A stretch of 64,000 nt of DNA, taken from contig CAKMKD010000021.1 in NCBI GenBank assembly GCA_927439865.1, positions 2,522 through 66,521 on the forward strand, written 5' to 3'. A program made the position numbers and the translations under genes. Under the pieces are notes generated by a model. It did not search any database. It saw only the letters and a list, made by a program, of their open reading frames with translations, and was not told the origin of the DNA. The DNA comes from an uncultured Coriobacteriia bacterium. Lineage in GTDB: Bacteria > Actinomycetota > Coriobacteriia > Anaerosomatales > Anaerosomataceae. Shown here piece by piece: positions 1 to 11,729 of the stretch; position 1 is the first letter of the stretch, and every line of letters starts with the position of its first letter.

Positions 1-729
1 TCGCGCCTTGCCGACGTTTTCCAGTACCGGTTCCCCTCGGGCGCGGGTCTTGAAGGCCATGCTCTCGGCAACCTCATCATCGCGGCGCTTGCCGACATGC
101 GTGGTGGCTTTGCCGAGGCGATCGAGGATGCCTCGGCGTTGCTCGGCGTTCACGGTCGGGTGCTGCCGGCAACGCTCTCCGATGTCGTCTTGTTTGCCGA
201 AGACGAGAACGGTGAGCGTGTGGTGGGTCAGGAGAATGTCGCGCACAGCGCGGCGGGCGTGTGCTCCGTCCATCTCGAGCCGCCGGCGCCACCCGCATAC
301 CCGCCCGTGCTCGACGCGATCCGGGAAGCCGATGTGATCGTGCTCGGGCCTGGGAGCCTGTACACGAGCATCATGCCGAACCTTCTCATCAGCGGTGTGG
401 CCGAGGCGCTCCGTGCCTCATCGGCCCGGATCATCTACGTGTGCAACGTCGCTAATCAGCGCGGTGAGACGTCGAGTCTTGATGCGCTCGGACACGTTCG
501 AGCGCTCGAGGATCATGGGCTGCTTGGAGCCATCGACTCCGTCCTTCTGCACGATAGCGACAGTGAGATGCCCGAATCCGACGTCCTTCGCGTGGACGGC
601 GGCGAGGGTGTTCGGCGGGAGATCGAATTTCGTGGCATCACTGTGGTGGTGGCCGATCTGGTCGATCGCGCGAATCCCATGCATCACGATCCGACATTGC
701 TGTGCTCGGCGTTGAGGAGGATGGTCTAG
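1..729 (+). CDS. YvcK/CofD-like gluconeogenesis-factor family protein (5' end outside window)
   Basis: Frame 1 is open from base 1. Motifs GHALGNLIIAAL and VLGPGSLYTSIMPNLL are typical of the YvcK family. The gene sits directly upstream of whiA. Confidence 0.8.
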   Translation, partial: SRLADVFQYRFPSGAGLEGHALGNLIIAALADMRGGFAEAIEDASALLGVHGRVLPATLSDVVLFAEDENGERVVGQENVAHSAAGVCSVHLEPPAPPAYPPVLDAIREADVIVLGPGSLYTSIMPNLLISGVAEALRASSARIIYVCNVANQRGETSSLDALGHVRALEDHGLLGAIDSVLLHDSDSEMPESDVLRVDGGEGVRREIEFRGITVVVADLVDRANPMHHDPTLLCSALRRMV

Positions 730-1652
730 TGTCGTTCACAGCCGAGGTCAAAGACGAGCTTTCGCGCGTTCAGCCGAAGAGGAAGTGCTGCCCTCGGGCG
801 GAACTCTCGGCACTGGTTCGCGTTGAAGGCACGCTTCACTTCACGGGCAACGAGCGCTTTCGCCTGGAAATCGCCACGGAGACTGCCCCGGTGGCTCGAA
901 AGGCGATCAAGCTGCTGCACGGAATCTACGACCTGACGACCGAACTCACCGTACGGCGCTCCGTCCTCCATAAGTCGAACAACTACCTGATCACGGTGCC
1001 CGCGCAGCCCAAGCTCGCGCAGGCGCTACACGATCTCGGCATCCTCGACGACACGCTCTCGCCCAGTCACGGCATCCCGCGGTGGCTCGTGAAGAAGGAC
1101 TGCTGCGCCATCTCGTATCTGCGCGGGGCATTCCTCGGTGGCGGCTTCGTTGCCGACCCGCACGGTGACTTCCACTTCGAGCTCACCGCCGAGTCCGAGC
1201 AGGTGGCCGAGGATCTCCTGGCGATCATGGCGCGCTTCGAGATCAACGCCCGCATCACCCAAAGACGCGGCACATATGCGGTGTACCTCAAAGGCGCCGA
1301 ACCGATCGTGACGTTCCTCGCGCTCGTCGGCGCGCACCATGCGTTGCTCCGAACCGAGGACGTCCGCATCATCAAGGGTGTACGCAACGATGTGAACCGG
1401 CTGGTGAACGCCGAGACCGCGAATCTGCAGAAGAGCGCCGAGGCAGCGATGGCTCAGGTCGAGGCTATCCGGCATCTGGCGTCGACGCGCGGACTTGAGG
1501 GGTTGCCGCCGGCGTTGCGCGAACTCGCGGCGCTGCGGCTCGAGTACCCGGAGGCTAGTCTGCGCGAGCTGGGCGAAGTCGCTGAACCGCCGCTCTCCAA
1601 GTCCGCTGTGTACCATCGCATTCGCCGCCTGGAGGAACTCGCCTCTGAGTGA
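702..1652 (+). CDS. whiA: DNA-binding sporulation/cell-division regulator WhiA
   Basis: VSFTAEVKDELSRV N-terminus, LAGLIDADG-like middle region and C-terminal HTH (SKSAVYHRIRRLEELA). GTG at 729 is an alternative and possibly better start. Confidence 0.85.
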   Translation: MLGVEEDGLVSFTAEVKDELSRVQPKRKCCPRAELSALVRVEGTLHFTGNERFRLEIATETAPVARKAIKLLHGIYDLTTELTVRRSVLHKSNNYLITVPAQPKLAQALHDLGILDDTLSPSHGIPRWLVKKDCCAISYLRGAFLGGGFVADPHGDFHFELTAESEQVAEDLLAIMARFEINARITQRRGTYAVYLKGAEPIVTFLALVGAHHALLRTEDVRIIKGVRNDVNRLVNAETANLQKSAEAAMAQVEAIRHLASTRGLEGLPPALRELAALRLEYPEASLRELGEVAEPPLSKSAVYHRIRRLEELASE

Positions 1653-2759
<1,107 letters not shown>

Positions 2760-2831
2760 CTCGGTCACACCTACAGTGGGCGCGGCGACGCGCCCACTGT
2801 CACGTTACGGCGCCAACCACGCGGAGGTTCG

Positions 2832-4025
2832 ATGTTCGCCAAGCAGACCGTGAAAGACGTTGATGTCCGAGGCAAGCGTGTCTTAGTGCGCGTCGACTTC
2901 AATGTGCCGCTCGCCGAGGGCACCGTCACCGATGACACCCGTGTTCGCGCGGCCCTGCCAACGCTTCGGTACCTGGTGGACCACGGAGCCCGGGTCATCG
3001 TGATGAGTCATCTCGGCCGTCCCAAGGGCGAGCCGGACCCGCAGTTCAGCCTCAGGCCCGTTCGCCGGGTGCTGCAGCGCCTGCTCGGCAGGAATGTCGT
3101 CTTCGTGGACGACATCGTGGGCCCGGAAGCGCATGATGCGGTCGCGCGAATGGTTGACGGCGAGATCATCATGCTCGAGAACGTCAGGTTCAATGCCGGG
3201 GAGAAGACGAACGATCCCGAGTTCGCGAAGGCGCTGGCGTCTCTCGCCGACATTTACGTGAACGATGCGTTCGGTGCCGCGCACAGGGCGCACGCCTCCA
3301 CCGCAGGTGTGGCGCAGTACCTGCCGGCCGTCGCGGGCATGCTGCTCGCGCGCGAAGTCGAGACGCTCACGGCCATGCTCATGAACCCCGAGCGTCCATT
3401 CGTGGCAATCCTCGGCGGATCGAAGGTGTCTGACAAGATCGGGGTCATCGACCGCATGCTCGAATGCGTCGACACGCTGCTCATCGGCGGCGGTATGTGC
3501 TTCACTTTCCTCGTCGCCAAGGGCGTCGACGTTGGTCGTTCGCTGGTCGAGGATGAATGGATCGAGCACGCCGGGAAGATGATGGACAAGGCGCTCGAGA
3601 AGGGTGTCGAGATACTGCTGCCAGTCGACTTCGTCGTGGCGGATCAAATCGTCGAAGATGCCGAGACGAGCATTGTCGGCCGGGAGGAGATCCCCTCGGA
3701 CATGATGGGTCTCGACATCGGCCCCACCACGAGCGAGCTCTTCAAGGGAGCGGTCAGCACTGCACGCACGGTCTTCTGGAACGGGCCGATGGGCGTGTTC
3801 GAGATGAAGCCGTTCGAGGCCGGCACCCGCGAGGTTGCGATGGCGGTTGCGCGCAACAACCGGGCCGTCTCGGTTATCGGCGGAGGCGATTCTGTCGCAG
3901 CGCTGAAGAAGTTCGACCTGGAGGAGCGAGTGACGTTCGTGTCCACCGGGGGCGGTGCCTCGATGAAGCTGCTCGAAGGAACGGCGCTACCGGGCGTGGA
4001 AGCGCTACTGGACAAGAACGCGTAA
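2832..4025 (+). CDS. pgk: Phosphoglycerate kinase
   Basis: RVDFNVPL, MSHLGRPKG and the C-terminal STGGGASLE-like motif (VSTGGGASMKLLEG). Confidence 0.95.
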   Translation: MFAKQTVKDVDVRGKRVLVRVDFNVPLAEGTVTDDTRVRAALPTLRYLVDHGARVIVMSHLGRPKGEPDPQFSLRPVRRVLQRLLGRNVVFVDDIVGPEAHDAVARMVDGEIIMLENVRFNAGEKTNDPEFAKALASLADIYVNDAFGAAHRAHASTAGVAQYLPAVAGMLLAREVETLTAMLMNPERPFVAILGGSKVSDKIGVIDRMLECVDTLLIGGGMCFTFLVAKGVDVGRSLVEDEWIEHAGKMMDKALEKGVEILLPVDFVVADQIVEDAETSIVGREEIPSDMMGLDIGPTTSELFKGAVSTARTVFWNGPMGVFEMKPFEAGTREVAMAVARNNRAVSVIGGGDSVAALKKFDLEERVTFVSTGGGASMKLLEGTALPGVEALLDKNA

Positions 4026-4043
4026 CAGTCGAAAGGGGAGCGC

Positions 4044-4814
4044 ATGCGCCGCAAGATGGTCGCCGGCAACTGGAAGATGTACACCACCTCGGGTGAGGGT
4101 GCGGTGCTGATCCAGGACATCGCCGAGGAGCTTGAGAACGTTCTTGAGGAGGTCGAGGTTGTCGTCTGTCCGCCGTTCACCGGCATCAAGGCGGTCTCGA
4201 CCGTGATCGAGCTTGACCACGTGAACATGGGCCTCGGTGCCCAGGACATGTATTGGGAAGCCGAGGGGGCATACACCGGAGCGATCGCGCCGCGCATGCT
4301 CACCGAGCTGCGGTGCACCCACGTCATCATCGGCCACTCCGAGCGCCGGGAGTTCTTCAGCGAGACTGACGAAACCGTGAACAAGAAGGTCCGCGCGACG
4401 TTCGATGCGGGGATGACCCCCATCATGTGCTGTGGCGAAACGCTCGCAACCAGAGACGCGCTCGAGACGGACTCGTTCGTGCGGGGTCAGGTCATGGCCG
4501 GCGCCGCCGGTCTATCCGCCGAGGAAGCAGCGCGGCTTGTCGTTGCCTACGAGCCCATCTGGGCCATCGGCTCCGGCCGCACCCCAACTCCCGAAGCGGC
4601 GAACGATGTCGCCCGGGCGATTCGCGCGACGATCGGCGCGATGTACGGGCCGCCCGCAGCCATTCAGGTTCGCGTGCTCTACGGCGGGTCCGTCAAGCCG
4701 GAGAACGCGACCATGTTCTTCTCGGAGCCGGATATCGACGGTGCGCTCGTCGGGGGAGCAGCGCTCAAGGCGGATTCCTTCTCGGACATCGTGAAGGCGG
4801 CTTCCGGGCTGTGA
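4044..4814 (+). CDS. tpiA: Triose-phosphate isomerase
   Basis: VAGNWKM N-terminus, IIGHSERR and AYEPIWAIGSG catalytic motifs. Confidence 0.95.
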   Translation: MRRKMVAGNWKMYTTSGEGAVLIQDIAEELENVLEEVEVVVCPPFTGIKAVSTVIELDHVNMGLGAQDMYWEAEGAYTGAIAPRMLTELRCTHVIIGHSERREFFSETDETVNKKVRATFDAGMTPIMCCGETLATRDALETDSFVRGQVMAGAAGLSAEEAARLVVAYEPIWAIGSGRTPTPEAANDVARAIRATIGAMYGPPAAIQVRVLYGGSVKPENATMFFSEPDIDGALVGGAALKADSFSDIVKAASGL

Positions 4815-6337
4815 CATCGCCGGTTGCGCTCGTGATCATGGACGGCTTCGGGCTTGGCGCACCGGGGCCGGGGAACGCGATTTCCGAGGCGAACACCCCG
4901 AACCTGGATCGCCTGTTCGCGACGTGCCCATGGGCGCCGCTTGAGGCCTCGGGTCATGCAGTGGGCCTGCCTGAGGGCCAGATGGGCAACTCCGAGGTCG
5001 GGCACCTCAATATCGGCGCTGGTCGCATCGTCTATCAGGAGCTGACTCGCATCTCCAAGGCCATCGAGGATGGCTCGCTGCAAGAGAACGAGGTGCTGCA
5101 ATCGGCCATTGACGCTGCGGTCGCCGGAGACCGGGCGGTGCACTTTATGGGGCTGCTCTCCGACGGAGGCGTCCATAGTCACCAGCAGCACCTGTACGCG
5201 CTCGTGCGCATGGCTGCCGAGCGCGGCGCCACCCGCATCTTCATTCACGCGTTCCTCGATGGTCGTGATGTGCCGCCCGACAGCGGGCTCGGCTTCATCA
5301 AGCAGCTTGAGGGCGTGCTCTCGGTCCTCGGTGTCGGTGAAATCGCCACCGTGATGGGTCGCTACTACGCGATGGATCGCGACACGCGGTGGGAGCGCGT
5401 CGAGCGAGCGTGGCGGGCGATGACGCTCGGCGAAGGCGCGATCGCGATGGCGGCCGAGTCCGCGGTCGAGGCATCGTATGCCGAGGGGATCACCGACGAG
5501 TTCGTTGCTCCCACGGTCATAGGTCGGGACGGTCATGCTGTCGGCACGGTCTCGAGCGGAGACACGCTGGTGTTCTTCAACTTCAGGCCTGATCGTGCGC
5601 GCGAGATCACCAGGGCCTTCGTCGACCAGGACTTTAAGGGCTTCAGCCGTCCGGTCCGGCCCGACCTCAACTTCGTCTGCCTCACCGAGTACGACCCGCT
5701 CATCGCAGCGCCTGTTGCTTTCGAGAAAGGCCTGCCGTGCTGCGTGCTCGCCGACGTGCTTGCCGAGAACGGCCTCAAGCAGCTGCATATCGCCGAGACG
5801 GAGAAGTACGCGCACGTCACCTTCTTCTTGAACGGCGGCGCCGAGGCCCCGAAGGCGGGCGAGGAGCGGGTGCTCGTGCCAAGCCCGCGGGTCTCCACGT
5901 ACGATTCGCAGCCGGAGATGAGCGCGCCCGAGGTAACCCGTCTGCTTGTTGAAGCTATTCAGCAGCAACGTGCTGACTTCTACGTGGCCAACTACGCGAA
6001 CTGCGATATGGTCGGGCACACGGGCATCACGGCCGCGGCAGTCCTCGCCGTCGAGGCGGTTGATGCCGGAATTGGCCTCGTCGCTCGAGCCATTGCCGAG
6101 CAGGGGGGCGCGTTGCTCGTGACGGCGGACCACGGGAACGCCGAACAGATGACCGATCACGAAGGTAGTCCGTTCACGGCGCACACGATCGATCCGGTCC
6201 CGTTCATCTGCTGCGCTGATGGCGTGACGAGAGTTCGCACCGGCGGGATACTCGCCGACGTCGCGCCGAGCGTGCTCGACGTGCTCGGCATCAATCCTCC
6301 GGCCGAGTGGACCGGGCGGTCCTTACTGGAGCGCTAG
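4811..6337 (+). CDS. gpmI: 2,3-bisphosphoglycerate-independent phosphoglycerate mutase
   Basis: ALVIMDGFGLG and MGNSEVGHLNIGAGR motifs. GTG 4811 overlaps the tpiA stop (GTGA). The ORF-track extension from 4427 is an Arg-rich out-of-context artefact lying inside tpiA. Confidence 0.9.
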   Translation: MTSPVALVIMDGFGLGAPGPGNAISEANTPNLDRLFATCPWAPLEASGHAVGLPEGQMGNSEVGHLNIGAGRIVYQELTRISKAIEDGSLQENEVLQSAIDAAVAGDRAVHFMGLLSDGGVHSHQQHLYALVRMAAERGATRIFIHAFLDGRDVPPDSGLGFIKQLEGVLSVLGVGEIATVMGRYYAMDRDTRWERVERAWRAMTLGEGAIAMAAESAVEASYAEGITDEFVAPTVIGRDGHAVGTVSSGDTLVFFNFRPDRAREITRAFVDQDFKGFSRPVRPDLNFVCLTEYDPLIAAPVAFEKGLPCCVLADVLAENGLKQLHIAETEKYAHVTFFLNGGAEAPKAGEERVLVPSPRVSTYDSQPEMSAPEVTRLLVEAIQQQRADFYVANYANCDMVGHTGITAAAVLAVEAVDAGIGLVARAIAEQGGALLVTADHGNAEQMTDHEGSPFTAHTIDPVPFICCADGVTRVRTGGILADVAPSVLDVLGINPPAEWTGRSLLER

Positions 6338-6366
6338 TTGAGCAACGTGCCCGGTGTCGGTATACT
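6338..6366 (+). promoter_or_regulatory. Candidate sigma-70 promoter for secG (TTGAGC-17 nt-TATACT)
   Basis: -35 TTGAGC at 6338-6343, a 17-nt spacer, and -10 TATACT at 6361-6366, about 70 nt upstream of the secG GTG. Confidence 0.4.
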
Positions 6367-6434
6367 GGCACGGTTCGCCTGAGACATGCTGTTCGTCCCG
6401 TCGTAGCGCGGGGCCGCGTTTTCAAGGAGTCGTT

Positions 6435-6680
6435 GTGGAAGCCATCGCATACATCGTCATTGGTATTCATATACTATGCGCATTAGGACTCGTTTTATTC
6501 GTTCTACTGCATTCAGGTAAGGGCACCGGACTCTCATCGATGATGGGCGGCGCCGTGCCTGCAACGTCGAGCGGCACGGGCATAATCGAGAAGAACCTCG
6601 ATCGAATCACCATCGGTTTCGCCGTTGGCTACGCTGTCACCGCGTTGCTGCTCATGGTGATATACCGTCCGGGCGTCTAG
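6435..6680 (+). CDS. secG: Preprotein translocase subunit SecG
   Basis: Small two-TM protein with the LLHSGKGTGLSSMMGG motif. GTG 6435 follows AAGGAG at 6424-6429. The tpiA-secG neighbourhood is conserved. Confidence 0.85.
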   Translation: MEAIAYIVIGIHILCALGLVLFVLLHSGKGTGLSSMMGGAVPATSSGTGIIEKNLDRITIGFAVGYAVTALLLMVIYRPGV

Positions 6681-6712
6681 CACCTGACGTCATTCTCGTG
6701 GTTCATCATGCG

Positions 6713-6740
6713 ACGCCCGCCATCTGGCGGGCGTTTCTTC
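6713..6740 (+). terminator. Rho-independent terminator after secG
   Basis: ACGCCCGCC / GGCGGGCGT 9-bp stem with a 4-nt loop, followed by TTTCTTC. Confidence 0.6.
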
Positions 6741-6955
6741 GTGGGACGATACGCACGGCTCCAGGCACGGCCGTGCTTGCCTTTCTATGCAAAGAGCGGG
6801 ACTATTAGGTGTCCGTTTCAAGTCTGTACAAACGGAAGAAGGCTTCGGCCCGAGGGTCGAGTTGGATCGCCAGGGAGGGATGAACGCGCGCGATCGCTGA
6901 AACACTGAGCGGTGCACCAAGAATGTGCGTATGTGTTCCGGAGGGAGGCTGAACA

Positions 6956-8620
6956 TTGTCTAGTCGAATTCGTAAGAGCATGGCTGTCGCTCTGGCCCTG
7001 GTGATGGTTCTCGCGGTAGCAGGTATGGGTGGCTGCAAAGCCAAGACCGATACCGGCACGGGAACACCCACCGATGGCGGAGCGACCAAGGGTGGAACCC
7101 TGAGCTTCTACATCAATGAGCCTGCATTCATCGATCCGGTCAATGCCCAGGAGTCTGAGGGTATGCAGGTGGTCAACGCCGTCTTTGACAGCCTGGTTGA
7201 CTTCGACGCGGTGACGTCAGAGATTGTGCCGTCCGCAGCTGAGAGCTGGGAAGGCAATGCCGACGCGAGCGTGTGGACCTTCAGGCTCCGCAAGGGTGCC
7301 AAGTTCCACAACGGCCGTGAGGTCAAGGCGCAGGACTTCAAGTACGCATGGGAGCGCATCTGCAATCCCGAGAACAAGTCAGAGATCTCCTACCACCTCT
7401 CCGCAGTCAAGGGCTTCGATGAGATGGGAGCCGGTACGGCCAAGGAGCTGTCGGGTGTCAAGGTAGTCGATGACTACACGCTTGAGGTCACCCTCTCATA
7501 TCCATTTGGTGACTTCGAGTATGTTGTTGGTCATCCGGCACTGGCGCCGGTCCCTGCAGAGGAGCTTGACTCTGAGGACAAGGTCAAGGCGTTCCTGGAC
7601 AAGCCGGTGGGCAACGGTCCGTTCATGATGTCCGAGGCATGGTCACACAACCAGAGCATCAAGGTCGCTCGTTTCGAGGACTACTACGGCGACAAGGCCC
7701 TGCTCGACGGTGTTGACTTCAAGATCTTCAAGGACGAAGAGACCGCCTTCCTTGAGTTCAAGGCAGGCAACCTCGACTTCACCAGCATCCCCGGTGGCCA
7801 GATTGAGGCCTCTATCGCCGAGTATGGCGAGAGCTCTGACGGTTACACGGTTGAGTCTGGTAAGCAGGTCCTTACCGGTTCTGAACTCTCCACCTACTAC
7901 GTGATCTTCAACAACAAGGACGACGCTCTCAAAAACGCCGACGTTCGGCGCGCACTCTCGATGGCCGTCAACCGTGAGGTCATCGTTACGAGCGTGTACG
8001 AAGGCACCCGCAGCTCTGCCACCGGCATCGTTCCCAAGGGCATCGTCGGTTACCAGGACGGCGCATGGCCGTATGCGAAGTATGACAAGGAAGGTGCCGC
8101 AGCGCTGCTTGAGAAGGCGGGCTTCCCGGGCGGAAAGGGTCTGCCTGAGATTATGCTGTCCTTCAACTCCGGTTCCGGCCACGAGCCCGTTATGCAGCTG
8201 ATCCAGGCCGACCTTAAGGCCATCGGCGTGAACACCAAGCTCGACGGCCAGGAGTGGGCACAGTACCTGGACAAGCTGGATTCCGGCAAGTTCCAGATGG
8301 GTCGTCTCGGCTGGTTGGCTGACTACCCGATCATGGACAACTTCCTGTATCCGCTGTTCTACTCGCAGAGCGCGGACAACCACTCGTTCTACAACGACCC
8401 TGCTGTCGACACTGCGATCCTCAATGCTCGCAAGGTCACCGACCCTGCAGCCCGTGTTGAGGCGTACCGCACGATCGAGAAGACCATCGGCGAAGCTGCC
8501 CCGGTCGCCCCGATCGTCGGCTACAAGCACCAGCGCGTCGGCTCGGATCGTGTTCGCGACTTCGTCTTCAGCCCGATGAGCCTTGCGGCTCTCGACAAGG
8601 CTTGGATCGAGTCGAAGTAG
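6956..8620 (+). CDS. ABC transporter substrate-binding lipoprotein, family 5 (peptide/nickel type)
   Basis: Signal peptide with lipobox (LAVAGMGGC), typical family-5 length and motifs. First gene of a BCDF-type importer operon. TTG start is preceded by GGAGGGAGG. Confidence 0.85.
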   Translation: MSSRIRKSMAVALALVMVLAVAGMGGCKAKTDTGTGTPTDGGATKGGTLSFYINEPAFIDPVNAQESEGMQVVNAVFDSLVDFDAVTSEIVPSAAESWEGNADASVWTFRLRKGAKFHNGREVKAQDFKYAWERICNPENKSEISYHLSAVKGFDEMGAGTAKELSGVKVVDDYTLEVTLSYPFGDFEYVVGHPALAPVPAEELDSEDKVKAFLDKPVGNGPFMMSEAWSHNQSIKVARFEDYYGDKALLDGVDFKIFKDEETAFLEFKAGNLDFTSIPGGQIEASIAEYGESSDGYTVESGKQVLTGSELSTYYVIFNNKDDALKNADVRRALSMAVNREVIVTSVYEGTRSSATGIVPKGIVGYQDGAWPYAKYDKEGAAALLEKAGFPGGKGLPEIMLSFNSGSGHEPVMQLIQADLKAIGVNTKLDGQEWAQYLDKLDSGKFQMGRLGWLADYPIMDNFLYPLFYSQSADNHSFYNDPAVDTAILNARKVTDPAARVEAYRTIEKTIGEAAPVAPIVGYKHQRVGSDRVRDFVFSPMSLAALDKAWIESK

Positions 8621-8733
8621 CGTAGGGTACATATCAAGCGAAAACGTGGGAGGATGCCTTGTGCATCCTCCCACGGATTCCTTCGCAGACCGCACCCGCA
8701 ACCGGCCTATCCCGAACCCAGTTAGGCGCCGCT

Positions 8734-9711
8734 ATGCTCAAGTACATCGCCCGTAGGATTCTCCAGATGATTCCCGTCTTCATCGGAGTGACGATTCTGC
8801 TGTTCGTTCTCAAGGCCCCCGGCATTCTCCCGGGCGATCCGATACGGATGATCACTGGCGAGAAAGAGATTTCGCCCGTGCTTTACGAGACCCTGGTCAA
8901 GGAGAACGGTCTCGACAAGCCGTTGGTCCAGCAGTACTTCATCTACCTTGGAAAACTCACACAGGGTGATCTCGGAAGGTCCTATCAGAAGGATCGCCCC
9001 GTGACCGAGCTCTTCGCCAACACGTATCCGAACACGATCAAGCTGGCGCTTGCCGCCATCGTGGTTGAGATTCTCATCGGCGTTGGAGCCGGAATCATAT
9101 CTGCGATAAAGCAATACTCGTTCTGGGATGTGTTGGTGACGTTGTCTACGTCCGTCCTGGTCTCGGTGCCTGTGTTCTGGCTTGGTATGGTGCTCCAGGT
9201 CATCTTCGGCATCGAGATGAAGAAGTGGACAGGGGGCACATTCTTCTTACCGATATCGGGTATGTCGGGAAATCAGTTCCCAGACTGGGTGCACCTCATA
9301 CTGCCGGCCGTGACGCTGGCGTCGGTCTCCACAGCCTACGCGGCACGCATCATGCGGAGCCAGCTGCTTGAGGTTATGGGCCAGGACTACATCAGGACGG
9401 CCACCGCCAAAGGCCTTCGTCGCAGAGATGTCGTGTTCAAGCATGCGCTCAAGAACGCGCTCATCCCTGTCGTCACATTCATCGGGCTCGATTTGGGCGC
9501 CATGATGAGCGGGGCGATTCTCACGGAGACGATCTTCAACTGGCCAGGCGTCGGACTTGAGATCTACCTTGCGATCGGTCAGCGCGACTGGCCCATCGTC
9601 ATGGGCGGCGTCATCATCGTCGTCTTCGCCGTCATGATCATCAACCTCCTTGTCGATATCAGCTACGCCTTCCTTGATCCTCGGATCAGGTATGGCGGAG
9701 CCGCAGAGTAG
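8734..9711 (+). CDS. ABC transporter permease (DppB/OppB type)
   Basis: MLKYIARRILQMIPVFIGVTILLF N-terminus and the EAA-loop region YIRTATAKGL. Confidence 0.9.
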   Translation: MLKYIARRILQMIPVFIGVTILLFVLKAPGILPGDPIRMITGEKEISPVLYETLVKENGLDKPLVQQYFIYLGKLTQGDLGRSYQKDRPVTELFANTYPNTIKLALAAIVVEILIGVGAGIISAIKQYSFWDVLVTLSTSVLVSVPVFWLGMVLQVIFGIEMKKWTGGTFFLPISGMSGNQFPDWVHLILPAVTLASVSTAYAARIMRSQLLEVMGQDYIRTATAKGLRRRDVVFKHALKNALIPVVTFIGLDLGAMMSGAILTETIFNWPGVGLEIYLAIGQRDWPIVMGGVIIVVFAVMIINLLVDISYAFLDPRIRYGGAAE

Positions 9712-9719
9712 GGGCGACG

Positions 9720-10709
9720 ATGACTGACAAACACACACACGATCCGCTTCGAGAAGAAGGACACCCGGTCAAGGACTACCGCTCGGGATTGCCGGCGGTA
9801 CCACCATCGAGCGACATCACGAGCGCTGATCTCTCCTCGACCGCAAGCAGGACGCTCTGGGGCGACGCGTGGCGTCGTCTGCGCCGCAACAAGCTGGCGA
9901 TGGCCGGGTTGGTGTGGGCCATTCTCATCGTGATCGTCGCCGTCACCGCGGACTTCTGGGTCCCGCAGCGCTACGGCGACCCCGAGGGCCTCGATACGAG
10001 CAAGGTCGTTGAGCGCATGCTTCTCGAGCCAAGCTCCGAGCATCCCTTCGGCACTGACCGTCTCGGCCGGGACATCTTCGCACGTGTCATCTACGGCGCG
10101 AGGATCTCACTCGCCGTCGGTATCGTTGCCGAGTCGATCTCGGTCTTCATCGGCCTCATCATGGGAGCGCTTGCCGCCTACTACGGCAAGTGGTGGGACA
10201 CGCTCATAATGCGTCTCGCCGATGTGTTCCTTGCGTTTCCGTACATCCTCTTCGCCATTGCGCTCATTGCCGTTCTTGGCAGGGGTTACATCAACGTCTT
10301 CATCGCCATCGGTATCCTCGGCTGGCCAACGATCGCGCGCGTCTTCAGGAGTTCGATACTCTCCGTCAAGGAGAACGAGTACGTCGATGCCGCCCGTGCG
10401 CTTGGGGCCTCTGACCTGCGAATCATGGCTCGCCACATCATGCCGAATGCCGTGGCGCCCATCATCGTGTACGCGACCATGAGCGTGGGTGGCGCGATCC
10501 TTACCGAGGCGGCCCTTTCGTTCCTCGGCATGGGCGTGCAGCCGCCGACTCCCTCGTGGGGCCTCATGCTCTCCGAGGCACGCGCGTTCCTGTTCACAGC
10601 TCCGTGGCTGATGATCTATCCTGGCGCCGCCATTCTGACGACGGTGCTTGCCTTCGTGCTGCTCGGCGATGGCCTCCGCGATGCCCTCGACGTGAAGCTG
10701 AAGGACTGA
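9720..10709 (+). CDS. ABC transporter permease (DppC/OppC type)
   Basis: OppC-like N-terminal region and the EYVDAARALGAS EAA motif. Confidence 0.9.
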   Translation: MTDKHTHDPLREEGHPVKDYRSGLPAVPPSSDITSADLSSTASRTLWGDAWRRLRRNKLAMAGLVWAILIVIVAVTADFWVPQRYGDPEGLDTSKVVERMLLEPSSEHPFGTDRLGRDIFARVIYGARISLAVGIVAESISVFIGLIMGALAAYYGKWWDTLIMRLADVFLAFPYILFAIALIAVLGRGYINVFIAIGILGWPTIARVFRSSILSVKENEYVDAARALGASDLRIMARHIMPNAVAPIIVYATMSVGGAILTEAALSFLGMGVQPPTPSWGLMLSEARAFLFTAPWLMIYPGAAILTTVLAFVLLGDGLRDALDVKLKD

Positions 10710-10712
10710 GCC

Positions 10713-11729
10713 ATGGAGACACTGCTGGAAGTCAAAGACCTCAAGACCTACTTCACGACGCGTGACGGCATCGTCAAAGCGGTAGACGGTGTGTCGTTCG
10801 ACCTCCACCGGGGTGAGACGCTCGGTGTCGTGGGTGAGTCCGGTTCCGGCAAGTCGGTGACGGCCATGTCGATCATGCGGCTCATTCAGGGCCCGAAAGG
10901 CAAGATCGAGGGCGGGTCAATCCGGTTCCGCGATCAAGATGTGCTTGCGATGAGCGAGGAGGAGGTTCGTCATCTTCGCGGAGATCGAATCGCAATGATC
11001 TTCCAAGATCCGATGACCTCCCTCAATCCCGTGTTCCGGGTGGGCGATCAGATTGCCGAGTCGCTCATCATTCACAAGAGCATGAAGAAGAAGGCAGCGT
11101 TCCAGCGTGCGGTCGAGCTTCTCGACCTTGTCGGCATCCCGAAGCCGGAGAGTAGGGCGAAGGATTACCCGCATCAGTTCTCCGGCGGTATGCGGCAGCG
11201 AGCCATGATTGCGATGGCGCTCGCGTGCGACCCCGATATCCTGATCGCCGATGAGCCTACGACCGCGCTCGATGTGACCATCCAGGCGCAGATCCTCGAA
11301 CTCATGATGGAGCTGCAGCAGCGGACCGGCTCGGCAATCATCATGATCACCCATGACCTCGGGGTTGTGGCAGACATGGCCGACCGTGTACTCGTCATGT
11401 ACGCGGGTCGGCACGTTGAGTCCGGCACTGCCGACGAGGTCTTTTACAAGCCCCTGCATCCGTACACGTGGGGCCTGCTCGACAGCCTCCCGCGCCACGA
11501 CATCGACGAGAAGGGCGAGCTCTGCCCGATCCAAGGGCAGCCGCCGAGCCTGATCAGCGTGCCGCCCGGATGCGCCTTCTCTCCGAGGTGTCCGTATGCT
11601 CAGCCGATCTGCCGCACTGACGCGCCTGTGCTGCGTGTCATCGAGGGTGGGCACGCCGCCGCCTGTCACTTCGCCGGAGACCCGACGTTCCAACGTGGTG
11701 TCGTTGACTGTGCGGGGGTGACCTCGTGA
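10713..11729 (+). CDS. ABC transporter ATP-binding protein (DppD/OppD type)
   Basis: Walker A GESGSGKS, signature FSGGMRQR, Walker [13 protein letters not shown], and a Cys-rich oligopeptide-type C-terminal extension. Confidence 0.9.
   Translation: METLLEVKDLKTYFTTRDGIVKAVDGVSFDLHRGETLGVVGESGSGKSVTAMSIMRLIQGPKGKIEGGSIRFRDQDVLAMSEEEVRHLRGDRIAMIFQDPMTSLNPVFRVGDQIAESLIIHKSMKKKAAFQRAVELLDLVGIPKPESRAKDYPHQFSGGMRQRAMIAMALACDPDILIADEPTTALDVTIQAQILELMMELQQRTGSAIIMITHDLGVVADMADRVLVMYAGRHVESGTADEVFYKPLHPYTWGLLDSLPRHDIDEKGELCPIQGQPPSLISVPPGCAFSPRCPYAQPICRTDAPVLRVIEGGHAAACHFAGDPTFQRGVVDCAGVTS

Noticed and set aside
4427-4810. 128-codon N-terminal extension of the gpmI ORF in the ORF track.
   Set aside because: It lies entirely inside tpiA in another frame and translates to an Arg/Ser/Gly-rich sequence. 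The conserved iPGM N-terminus starts at GTG 4811.
6774-6790. GGCACGGCCGTGCTTGC upstream of the ABC operon, resembling a -24/-12 promoter.
   Set aside because: The GG-to-GC spacing is one nucleotide short of the strict sigma-54 spacing. The sequence is also a GCACGG/CCGTGC hairpin.
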